Shown here: positions 6,901 through 15,755 of the stretch, piece by piece
Numbering within the stretch: the stretch's first letter is position 1
How the letters are laid out: each line of letters starts with the position of its first letter
Assembly: GCA_018985225.1 (NCBI GenBank)
Contig: JADGIF010000139.1
Location: 1 to 17,903, forward strand
DNA from: Amoeboradix gromovi X-113
Lineage: Eukaryota; Fungi; Sanchytriomycota
Direction: 5' to 3'
DNA: 17,903 nucleotides
Notes under the pieces: model-generated
Databases searched by the model: none
What the model was told of the DNA's origin: nothing
What the model saw: only the letters and a program-made list of their open reading frames with translations
Made by a program: the position numbers and the translations under genes

Positions 6901-9547
6901 GTAGTATCATGCACTTGTATGGACCATCCACTTCGAAGAATATGCTATTTTCTTTGTTAATAGAGTATTCGTTCGTTTCTGCATTCAGTATTTGATACTG
7001 ATCGTTGGTAAAATTCTTGTATACCGAATAGTTTAATATTGCAGCAGCGTATGGTATTTTAATTACCTTACCATTTAACAGTGTAACCTCAATCGTGTCT
7101 GGAAATGAACGAGGTAGGCAACACCAAATCCCATCAGTATCCAGTTCTAAACTGAATCCTATATCGTCTACAATTTCATGAGCTCCCTGTATTATCAAAC
7201 TACCAGTATAACATACTATCCCACCCATCTGCATACTAAACCATCTTGAGCCCTTTCTCATCACATACCCATAAAATGAATTCAATATACATTTGTGGGC
7301 CAGCTGTAAACTATCCATAATGATAACCATCTTATTTGCTTCATCTATTGCTCTATGGTCTCCTCCATTGGCGTTCAATAATTTTAATTTAGATTTCCAT
7401 TGCTTCAGACTCGTTTTGTAGTCATATCTGCGATCCCTGAATTCCCTCACTGTATCAATATAAAAAGAGTTTTCTCTTTGGCATACTGTAGATACTTTAT
7501 CAAGCTGTTCAGAGACATAAACTCGATTGTGTAGTTTCTTACTTAATTCAACAACTCGCTGTTTCAATAACTCAGTTTGTTGCTGTTTAGGTAACAGCCT
7601 GTAGAGAACTTTGCGAGAGCCTTCGGCTGTGTCCTTGGGGTTACCACCGATATATTTGATATCTTTGACCGCAAAAGACTCTTTCGAGAGCTGATTCTCG
7701 ATACTATTTATGTATTCCTTGTCAAGAGGATACATTTCACCTCTCCATGTCCAAGTCATATCTCGCTTACATTTATTGTTCTCATCATTATAATCGCATA
7801 GTTGACAATCCCTGTTTTCTACCATTGCGTCCGGTTGCAATCTATTAGTAAGAATGATGTTTGGATACATGGCACCAACATCTAAATGATAAATGAGGGG
7901 GAAATCCTTTTCAATTTTTAACAAAGCTTCCAGCCTTTTATTGGTAGTGTCTATACACGAAGCTAGGTCACCGACCTCGTTTAAACTAACGTTGCATTCG
8001 TTAATTAAGTAAGTTTTAATTGTTGCTTCTAACTCATCTTTCAGTGATTTAATTCTGTTTGGATTCAATTTAAATGGATACTGAAAGTCACTCCTATATA
8101 TACCAGCTTGCAATGCTTCCACATGACCACCAGTGTAGGTTTCACTAAATAGCAGCTTATTGTTGTGGTATTTTCTGTACTGCTCCGTGTGCTTATTAGG
8201 CATTAGAACACCAGCTTTGTAGCTACTTACCATCAGCAAAGACTCACACAAAGTACCACTGCCCTTTCTTAACACATCATCAGGGTTTAAAGGAATAACA
8301 TTACATAGAGAGAATACAAATGGATGAACATATTTCATGTAGAGCATATACGTAGCTACAGCATCCGAAACAGAGTACTGTGCAAGTATTTGAGGGTTGG
8401 AACTAGCATAAGGAGTCATCAACTCAGGATCTAGCTCATCCGGATGATATCCTAATTTGGCCTTTGTAACTGCCTTTAAACCGTGACTCCCGGCTGGCAA
8501 GTAACTGTCTCTTTTAACCCACTTGTAGGCGTCCAAGTGGATTAGCAACTCAGATCTAAACTCATCATTAACACTTTGGAATCCGAATAATTCATACAAG
8601 TTTAAATTGTATAACGCACAACGAGTCTGGACGTAAGGGAAGTCAAACATATCACCATTATAAGTAGTGAATATATGAGGTTTGATATCCAAAATGTGAC
8701 TGATAAATTTCTGTAATAAATTGTGTTCATTTGGTTCATTATAAATTGTGAAGACACCGCCAACACCAATAGTGGGAAAATATTCAAAGTCACTAATGTT
8801 TTGACTAACAATAGATCTGTTGGTAATTAAATAACCCTTTTGATCAACCATGTAGGAGATCATCATAATTTCATCTTTGTCAGCATTTGGGAATTTGAGA
8901 GGTTCCTTGCTGGTCTCTATATCGTAAGCAAACACACGAGGTTCTGGAGGAATTAGTTTTTCAAGAGGATCAATCGAATAGACGTGGGCACTGAGAGATA
9001 TAGAATACCACTTACCAACACGAAAATCAAGATCCATACAAACACGCTGATAGTAGGTAACATCATATTCACGCAGATCTGTTATGTACATCTCACCGCT
9101 CTTTTCACTCTGCTTGTAATCAAAGTGATCAAAATCATCTGTAGCTTGATGAATTCGTACCAAGGACAGCAGTTGCTTGCGAACTTGTTGCATGAGATTG
9201 ACATTCTTAAACACCAACTTAATACACTGTCTCTTTCTACCCTGAAGATGATTTGGCATGTTAAGGTCATTTAAAAATATCTTTGAAATGGACAATAATT
9301 CTTTCTTAAAAGTACGAAGCAGATACTCTTCCACCTCTAAGGACTTATCGTCCTGGAACAGAACTAGAAAATATGGGTTAAAAACATACGTGCAATACAT
9401 ATTCTGACCTTTATCGGTCAGAAAATATAGCCTCAGTGCTGAAAAATCATTTTTCACTACTGTGCGCATGTTTATCAACCATCCCTCGACAGGTTCTTCT
9501 ATTTCCGAATAGCCAAACCGCTGCTCTACAAGAGTAATTGGATCCAT
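3938..9547 (-). CDS. POL2: DNA polymerase epsilon catalytic subunit A
   Basis: ExoI YDIETSKEPLKFP, ExoII YNGDMFD, ExoIII YSVSDAVAT, motif A DVGAMYPN, CysX cysteines, motif B QLAHKCILNSFYGY, motif C ELDTDG, and C-terminal CysA/CysB. The start is placed at MDPITL (9547) because the longer ORF overlaps the UPRT end. No intron is required. Confidence 0.97.
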   Translation of the reverse strand: MDPITLVEQRFGYSEIEEPVEGWLINMRTVVKNDFSALRLYFLTDKGQNMYCTYVFNPYFLVLFQDDKSLEVEEYLLRTFKKELLSISKIFLNDLNMPNHLQGRKRQCIKLVFKNVNLMQQVRKQLLSLVRIHQATDDFDHFDYKQSEKSGEMYITDLREYDVTYYQRVCMDLDFRVGKWYSISLSAHVYSIDPLEKLIPPEPRVFAYDIETSKEPLKFPNADKDEIMMISYMVDQKGYLITNRSIVSQNISDFEYFPTIGVGGVFTIYNEPNEHNLLQKFISHILDIKPHIFTTYNGDMFDFPYVQTRCALYNLNLYELFGFQSVNDEFRSELLIHLDAYKWVKRDSYLPAGSHGLKAVTKAKLGYHPDELDPELMTPYASSNPQILAQYSVSDAVATYMLYMKYVHPFVFSLCNVIPLNPDDVLRKGSGTLCESLLMVSSYKAGVLMPNKHTEQYRKYHNNKLLFSETYTGGHVEALQAGIYRSDFQYPFKLNPNRIKSLKDELEATIKTYLINECNVSLNEVGDLASCIDTTNKRLEALLKIEKDFPLIYHLDVGAMYPNIILTNRLQPDAMVENRDCQLCDYNDENNKCKRDMTWTWRGEMYPLDKEYINSIENQLSKESFAVKDIKYIGGNPKDTAEGSRKVLYRLLPKQQQTELLKQRVVELSKKLHNRVYVSEQLDKVSTVCQRENSFYIDTVREFRDRRYDYKTSLKQWKSKLKLLNANGGDHRAIDEANKMVIIMDSLQLAHKCILNSFYGYVMRKGSRWFSMQMGGIVCYTGSLIIQGAHEIVDDIGFSLELDTDGIWCCLPRSFPDTIEVTLLNGKVIKIPYAAAILNYSVYKNFTNDQYQILNAETNEYSINKENSIFFEVDGPYKCMILPASTDKDRLLKKRYVVFNNKNEITELKGFEIKRRGELKLIKEYQSIIFAEYLKGSTLQECYDHIGATSRPFLDILTTQGAFISDDQILDLLSEFKSLSKPLKEYNNQKSTTITTAHRLVELLGIQANSGSLACQFIISKYPLDTPVANRAIPTCLFQCSALIQSQFLVKWCGKCLKLNQMLDWDYYLDRFNSVLLKLIILPCLLQKMKNPLVDVPLPKWVTQSDTKSYMDMSKWMEVSSKRKAADVANSSSTPDVPRKSELPKIRSDYLKYIKNMSNTWLCKYTRSDSAPKSRSSATITHTVLGVNTIQPGVYDIILVDSTVRMVFNRTVYSLDPISTIQSDLLTIKPVTKSIGNVKQTVFMIKCNESEYINMNVKEFLYHAQIPLLVQISELVGTSITVNSKATTIGCDDILNHDNNANINDVLSLSTAFIHCEMNATILVVGVYVNNILSTLLLDSNNNAYPNVLRFKSYDQLLATLKSMLKPARICCYTRNCSQLLLNSISNVLIPCASRSWSFASFNWFNEFTDDLNSLVGSLPDTLADIISTRIKLNVPFNSVGDPLDILYYRYLVATNQLTCSHARDSTSLHSNCASVAGNFRISNPGLYPKSSVVISIKNTFINAAWNYNNSGDGGVDEFKGFIKYYLNKNTRDYIIQHIDRWAHSTIFVNKMVLEIIEEYKIKIMHFIVNTASKIGCRVISMSNDYMILECAIDEFLLTTLRDIPIFKLIEFNVMKTYDVLLYSNELELMGIVNGELEYTMNSLYYLPKEVVPLLEPALMQYFYNVLKNNTSSATAGLTRALRMINEVHRYRSSSVLCTHSEYTVVDVLRVIQNMIRIVNEDVLMEWTMEFNVRSSELTQIGFEMDINVYCSKCSKNVNINMDTLIQHQYKDSIGDMMTCVYCNNMIEMMEIEDKMIELINRQVVKEMEIDMFCNMCQAVMMGYINDDCSCTGNYKRASTVGIKKDIIRDIAGIMKMPILASQIRRLFK

Positions 9548-9596
9548 GTGTTTTACATCGGCTGTTGTGAAAGAAAGGAACAAAAAAAATTTATTT

Positions 9597-10281
<685 letters not shown>

Positions 10282-10333
10282 AGCACGGAGAGTTTCTTAG
10301 AATCTCAAGTAGAAGCAGGTATTGAATTTTATA

Positions 10334-10865
10334 GAATAAATCGTTTATTGAGAATTTTTTTGTATTTTTATACAGTTGTATGACTTTTCGAGATTTCCCC
10401 AATACCTTAAATACTCGATATTTTTCATTTTCATAAGTGGTATACGAAATCAATGGATATCATCCTGAGTATGTCAAATCTAAAGAAATAACCAATAGTT
10501 ACAGTACGCATTCATCAACATTGAGTAACTAGCTCGAATATGGAACAATTAGATGTCTTTCAATGCCTAGAATGAGATTAAAGATTGATAAACCTGTAAA
10601 CTATTATTTGATAATTCTTATGCTACTGGTCTTACCACATGTGCAACAATAGAGATCATATGGTAGCAATAAATATATAGATCAAGTATATACACCCTTA
10701 TTGAACCCCACCTCAAGGTAGCCATAGAGTGAGCAATCACTTTAACGGATTTGCTAGCATTGCTTCTTTCTCAGTGGAAGTTCTTGATTTCTCGGGAATC
10801 AGGACCTTTAACGAGGAGACACTGACAATTCCAAATGGGACATCAAATATAAAAACTGGACTAAC
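10334..10865 (+). mobile_element. IS607/Fanzor-like non-autonomous element copy 2 (left end, TnpA HTH relic, Fanzor C-terminal relic, scaffold, downstream conserved block)
   Basis: Collinear with the reverse complement of 11291-11874. 10470-10571 reads YVKSKEITNSYSTHSSTLSN*LEYGTIRCLSMPR, and 10648 onward reads NRDHMVAINI*IKYIHPY. Confidence 0.8.
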
Positions 10866-11217
10866 ATTCTGTAACAACTTGGAACATTATTTCAGCTTTG
10901 TTAATTTTATGAATTCAAGAGGCGAGTGGACATTCAGCTAGTTGCGGAGTTGACGAGTATAAAAGGAAAATAAATGTTCTGTACAGCTATTCTCTTACTA
11001 TTTCATCCAATCTTTATTTCAAATAAAATATCACTATTACTCTGTAAAAAATAGAATAGATAAGAGTAATGATGTTAGTATAACATTACAAAATGACTCT
11101 AGAAAAAAGTACCGTCTAAGAAAATGCACCTTTTGCTTAGATGCTCAAAGACCTCATATATTTGAACGAGATGCAGGATCTTCTAGTTTTATTTTGAAGA
11201 GGGAATACAATCAATGA
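10836..11217 (+). pseudogene. degenerate Fanzor1-like RuvC-II / Zn-finger / RuvC-III fragment
   Basis: Ordered frameshifted motifs: GTSNIKTGLT, GVDEYK (10946-10963) followed by KCS, KYRLRKCTFC, and IFERDAGSSSFIL (ERD 11164-11172). The order matches the vDEy.TSk.C..C / C..C / .RD.nA..nI layout. Confidence 0.55.
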
Positions 11218-11290
11218 AAGAAAATTGGTATAATAGAAGATCTTTTATTAATCATAGCATTTCCTCCGTATGGTGCACCTTTAAAAACGA

Positions 11291-11874
11291 GTTAGTCTAG
11301 TTTTTATATTTGGTGTCCCAAGCGATCCAAAATCCGAACTCTCTTGTTAAAAGTCCAGATTTCCGAGAAAACCGAGAATTTCCACAGAGAAACTCGCAGT
11401 GCTGGATGCTCCGTGACAGTGATTGCTCATGCCTTCACTACCCTGAAGCGGGATTGAATATGGGCACATATACTTGATGTATATGTTCCTTGCTGCCATA
11501 TAGTCTCTATCTTCAAATGACACTTTGTACAGGTTCAGGTTTCTAAGTTGGTTTTCTTAAGATTGCCGCAGCTTGTACATGCATAATGAGTATTAAGATA
11601 TTGCGTTGTTGTACACGCAAGAAATACGAATTATTAAATAAATGGTTAACAGGCTTATTTTTATCGTTGATTCTCTCTAGGCATTGAAAAACATCTAATA
11701 TTTCCATGTTTAGACCAGTTCCTCAACGTTAATGAATGTATACTACAACTATTAGTTATTTCTTTAGAATTGATTTACAATTTGTGAAAATGAAGAATAT
11801 CGAGTGTTTAAGCTATTGGAAAAGTCTTGAAACTATACAAAAATGCATACAAATACGCGATAAATGATTTATTC
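11291..11874 (-). mobile_element. IS607/Fanzor-like non-autonomous element copy 3 (best preserved)
   Basis: 11768-11676 reads SKEITNSCSIHSLTLRNWSKHGNIRCFSMPR (MerR-like HTH of IS607 TnpA). 11579-11520 reads CTSCGNLKKTNLET*TCTKC. After a frameshift, 11511-11470 reads DRDYMAARNIYIKY, followed by the scaffold to ~11355. Confidence 0.85.
11355..11452 (-). ncRNA. putative omega-RNA scaffold (copy 3)
   Basis: Same stems as copy 1: GTAGTGA/TCACTGT, GAGTTTC/GAAATTC and GGTTTT/GAAATC. It lies immediately 3' of the RuvC-III motif. Confidence 0.6.
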
Positions 11875-12852
11875 AAGGAGACAATCGAGCTGTCTTTTCA
11901 TTTTTTAACAAAAGTAGCACAAGATTAACTAGGCAGTTAATTGTTTTTGCTCATCGGTTCCACAACTGTTTGTGAATAAACATTTCCAGTTTTTCGGAAG
12001 AGCTTTTTTTGTTACTAATAGGATTTGTTGTTTTACAATTCGATAAAGCACTTTACAAAGTGTATGCGCACAAGTACAGAAGTAAGACCCTTAAAGGTTT
12101 AGGGAATTATAAAGACAAGCCGCTCACTGGTTTTGGATTCATAGAGCTCATAACCCTTGGGGCTGATAATAATATGGCCTTTAAAACTCCTACCACACTA
12201 AATCATTTTGTGAATTTCTACCTTACTCTCTCCATTTTACGTTTTGGTTCTGCCGGTTGTAATATTTGTCACAAATCTTTATAATTTCTTTAGCTATCTG
12301 AGAGCTTCTCAGTAGTTCTCAACTTAGATTGTTTTGTTCTTTAGCTGTAGCGTCACAAACAAGTTTCAATTGCTACTAGGACCACCATCTTGGGAATCTA
12401 CACTGACTTCTCTATTTCAACTAACTTTGAATTTGGAATCATCATGAATTTCAGACAAGTAGCTGTTTGATTGTCCCAAGAGTGATTTGAATGACTCCAA
12501 CCGCCGGTGTTTTTATTCACTACTTGATGCAAAAACGTAATTGAACATGGCACTACATTTTATATATTTTATTAGACCATGAGATGCGTCGCTTAACGAA
12601 TTCCGATTGGTAGTCATAAAGCACTTACACTCTCGCATGTTTTATCACAACAAATTTAATACAAAGCAGAAAATTCACTGGTTATATTAAGAAATTGTTG
12701 ACTTAACTGAATTTCAGCAGACAAACTAGCAGTTATAAACTATGTTATAAAGGAAAATGATCTAGTCACCGGTATTACAACAATGTTCCTTATGTGATAT
12801 ACTGGCCAATAAGCTAAACAAAACAGTCGATATCAACTAGGGAATAAATCAT

Positions 12853-13998
12853 TTATTTAAGTGTCCCAAGCGATGCAGCCACATAATGTTCATTCGGAAA
12901 CAATTGAGATAATTCCCTCAAATGTCCTACAAATCCTCTTGTTAATTCCAACATCCTGGAGGGCTGACCTGCTTCCTTTGCCTTGAAATGTTTGTAGAAC
13001 GTATCTTTCGGATTCAGTGCCTCAATTTCCGCCGACACTAAAGATCTGTATATGTTTCCTTGAGGCAGTAAGTTAGTCTGGTCAATTTCACTCATGTCAT
13101 ATCCAATATTACCGTGTTGAAATGATTGCCTTTTTGTTGTTCGTTGCATCCCTCTTAAATCGTCTTCTAATACATTCATTAATGGTTCTTCTACATTCAC
13201 TTGGATTCTATAGTCGTATTTGTATCTAGGATTGACTATGTCTAAAGTCATCAACGCATGTTTTTTTGTAACTTCTTTAACGACGACTTTACCCTCTTTG
13301 GTGAGCTTCTCATACTTTCGAACTCTGTACCCCTTAAATATATCATCGGCTATAGTTCTCTCACCTACATGCCGAACCTTGTTGATCTTTTGGTGCCGTA
13401 AATAATGTATTATAGTTTCAAAATCCTTGGGAAAGACTTCCGAAGAGAATTTTCTATACAAAAAAGACTTGCTGTTTGAGTCGTTGAAAAGTATACTCTC
13501 GCTAGCACATGGCGGGAATATTCTGAGGTTGTTGTTTACCAGTAAGCCAAGTCGTCCTTCAATTTCAATGTTATCCAAATGGCTTGGATCTATTTTCTTA
13601 AACGCTTCACAGAATGCATCCATAGTAGCTAAAGTGATATCGTCGCATGTAGGAACTACAGATAATGGATAGCTGTCAGAATTGTCTAGCCAAGTCATTA
13701 AATTATACATTTGTGGAGGTAAATTGCCACGAATGCTCTTATATTCCACTCTCAGTACAGTGTCATCGTCTTCTGTTATTTTAGCAGGTTCCTCTGACGA
13801 CTTTCTGAACTCAGCCATGAACACATCCGCAGGCGGATCTTGCGGAATTCTCCACTCGGAATTATCAGGATCCGCTGGACAGACGTCGTCATTTTCGTAT
13901 TCAATATCAAGCAGCTCGTCAATTGAGTCATTCTCGTTCATAACATCACTGTTACTCTCACTGTTGGCAATGCTTTGTGTTTCCACTTCATTATTCAT
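12853..13998 (-). CDS. CET1: mRNA 5'-triphosphatase, triphosphate tunnel metalloenzyme (Cet1/Pct1 type)
   Basis: Acidic N-terminus, motif A IEIEGRLG, LDIVNP.YKYDYRIQVNVE, R..KR.SF, YDMSEI, and motif C AEIE. Confidence 0.85.
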   Translation of the reverse strand: MNNEVETQSIANSESNSDVMNENDSIDELLDIEYENDDVCPADPDNSEWRIPQDPPADVFMAEFRKSSEEPAKITEDDDTVLRVEYKSIRGNLPPQMYNLMTWLDNSDSYPLSVVPTCDDITLATMDAFCEAFKKIDPSHLDNIEIEGRLGLLVNNNLRIFPPCASESILFNDSNSKSFLYRKFSSEVFPKDFETIIHYLRHQKINKVRHVGERTIADDIFKGYRVRKYEKLTKEGKVVVKEVTKKHALMTLDIVNPRYKYDYRIQVNVEEPLMNVLEDDLRGMQRTTKRQSFQHGNIGYDMSEIDQTNLLPQGNIYRSLVSAEIEALNPKDTFYKHFKAKEAGQPSRMLELTRGFVGHLRELSQLFPNEHYVAASLGTLK

Positions 13999-14169
13999 AA
14001 GATGGCACCCACGTTTGAAAAATATCAGTCATCGATTTTAATTATAAAAATTATTTATCGTCATCACATGAAATCTGTCGCTGGAGCATGCTATCTTTCC
14101 AGAGCTTTGTCTAACAATCACGACAGTCAGGATGAAAATAAGGAAATCGCCAACAGGTAACGAATAGGC

Positions 14170-14420
14170 TCTTCTCAAGGAAATAACTGATGTCTTTTCA
14201 CAATGGGCACTAGGAATTAGGACTGCTGAAGATATTGAAAGCAAATAGAGACCAAATGGCAATATATACCATATTCTTCAAATCCGTGCATGTATATACA
14301 GTCCGCCTCAGGGCACTGGAAGTGTTAGCAACCGGTGTAGCAGAGATTGCAATTGCCACGTTTTCTATGGAAATTCTCGACTCTCTGGTAAATCTGGACT
14401 TTTGTTGAGCCAAATATCTG
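14170..14420 (+). mobile_element. IS607/Fanzor-like element copy 4 (most diverged; scaffold retained)
   Basis: KEIT-like remnant near 14175. NRDQMAIYTIFFKSVHVY from 14244 is homologous to DRDYMAARNIYIKYMCPY. Scaffold CCGCCTCAGGG...TGGAAATTCTCGACTCTCTGGTAAATCTGG runs to 14397. Confidence 0.7.
14303..14397 (+). ncRNA. putative omega-RNA scaffold (copy 4)
   Basis: Stem GCACTGG(14313-14319)/CCGGTGT(14332-14338) has the same 12-nt spacing as copy 1 but compensatory substitutions. Confidence 0.55.
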
Positions 14421-14450
14421 TTCACTTTAGCCGGAATTTTCAAAACAACG

Positions 14451-15245
14451 ATGAAGCCAATGTCTGTCTTAAGAGGACATTATGGTCCCATAAAAGCAAT
14501 AGATGTACTTTGCGGTAAATTGATATCATTTGGGCTAGATGGGAAGATATTGTCGTGGGATTTAAAAACTAAAAGACCAACGGAATTGTGTACAACTGAT
14601 GAAATAAGATACGCAAAAGTGTGGAACGATAAGTTCATCATTTTGAATAGTCATGCATTCAAGATGATCAAAATAAATGGCGAAGTAGTACATGAAATTG
14701 GCATATTACCATCTGTTTGTAATTTCGATCTTTTTGCAACCACTGCGCTATTTTATAAAAATGAAGAGATATGCTTATTGGACTTGAATACTTTTAATGT
14801 AGTAAATTCGTTGAAACCAGCTTCAGCATGCTCATGTCTAATGATTTTGGAAGAAACTGTGGTTGCGGGATTCGAAGATGGCACTTTGATAATTCATGAC
14901 AAAAATCTAAACCCAGTTCAGTCTGTTAAACATCATGTCGAACCTATAATGGCTCTGTATTCTAGTGGCGGGTATATCTATTCTGGCGGCCCTGATTACT
15001 TTCTGACCAGATACCATTTAAATGAGTGTCACCAAATTTTGCTGCCTTCCAATGGGGTATCCTCGATTGCTATGATTAACGGCAAATTATGGATAGCTGG
15101 ATGGAAAGGTGTATATGTCGTGGATGAGTATGGCAGTCTGTGTAATAATAAATCTATGCAACTGTGTAACTCAATTATATCGCTGGAGAATGCGATATAT
15201 GTTGCAAATGAAGACTCTCGTATATATAAATTCAGTTTATTGTAA
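14451..15245 (+). CDS. WD40-repeat protein, probably ASA1/GNB1L-like
   Basis: P.SVLRGH..PI.A, G.I..WDLKTKRP, AGFEDG, H.EPIMAL, GVSSI...AGW.G, and terminal DSRI..FSL. Confidence 0.65.
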   Translation: MKPMSVLRGHYGPIKAIDVLCGKLISFGLDGKILSWDLKTKRPTELCTTDEIRYAKVWNDKFIILNSHAFKMIKINGEVVHEIGILPSVCNFDLFATTALFYKNEEICLLDLNTFNVVNSLKPASACSCLMILEETVVAGFEDGTLIIHDKNLNPVQSVKHHVEPIMALYSSGGYIYSGGPDYFLTRYHLNECHQILLPSNGVSSIAMINGKLWIAGWKGVYVVDEYGSLCNNKSMQLCNSIISLENAIYVANEDSRIYKFSLL

Positions 15246-15749
15246 GTCGTACTGAATCAAAGTTTGAAGCTGATTGAAATTTGTTGCGTATATGAGGTCC
15301 GGATCTATTGCAAACTTCTGATCATTTATATTCAAATTTTGAAAATGACCCGTATTAAATAGTATACCGATGTTACTATCTGGTTCCGCCATGTGATAAT
15401 CTGTTTTCTCTATCACTGATGATATTTGTGGGAAATTGTTTCTCATTTGCAATAAAAATGCTTCGTAACACTGAATTACCAATTTGCAGTATCTGATTTC
15501 ATCAGGAGTCATATTAGATATGCTGTTCTTCAATAAATAATACGGGTACTTTTCAATCTTCAAAATTCTGCTCATTTTGTACTGATTCACCAAATAATCA
15601 TGCCGTTCAATATCATGCTGCAAAACTAAATCACATCTACGTTTTACATTTAATTTTGCTCGTCCTAGCCTCTGCTCTACATCCAGTATATGTTCGCTAT
15701 ATGGCTGCAACAGAGGATTTAATCTTTCCTTTTGTAAAGCTGAAAGCAT
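15237..15749 (-). CDS. SLD5: GINS complex subunit Sld5
   Basis: AL.KER..P.L.PY, Q.DIER..YLV..Y...RI.KIEKY, MTPDE..Y, and M.EP; divergent and short. Confidence 0.8.
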   Translation of the reverse strand: MLSALQKERLNPLLQPYSEHILDVEQRLGRAKLNVKRRCDLVLQHDIERHDYLVNQYKMSRILKIEKYPYYLLKNSISNMTPDEIRYCKLVIQCYEAFLLQMRNNFPQISSVIEKTDYHMAEPDSNIGILFNTGHFQNLNINDQKFAIDPDLIYATNFNQLQTLIQYDLQ

Positions 15750-15755
15750 GAGATT

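Noticed and set aside
3959-9274. Short ORFs nested in or antisense to POL2 (likewise those within MSS1, ceramidase, CET1 and the acyltransferase)
   Set aside because: These are shadow frames of real genes with no motifs.
11495-11511. AGAGACTATATGG resembling a group I intron R element
   Set aside because: It encodes RDYM of the RuvC-III motif, and no matching P/Q/S core was found.
12861-12874. 14-nt match GTGTCCCAAGCGAT between the CET1 3' end and the copy 3 flank (11313-11326); TGTCCCAA also near 2870 and 12472
   Set aside because: Tempting as a guide-target pair, but one 14-mer match in 18 kb is plausible by chance, and it does not begin at the scaffold-proximal end of the candidate guide.
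14038-14443. Small ORFs 13975-14160, 14038-14262 and 14210-14443 as genes
   Set aside because: They have no motifs, and the region is better explained as repeat copy 4.
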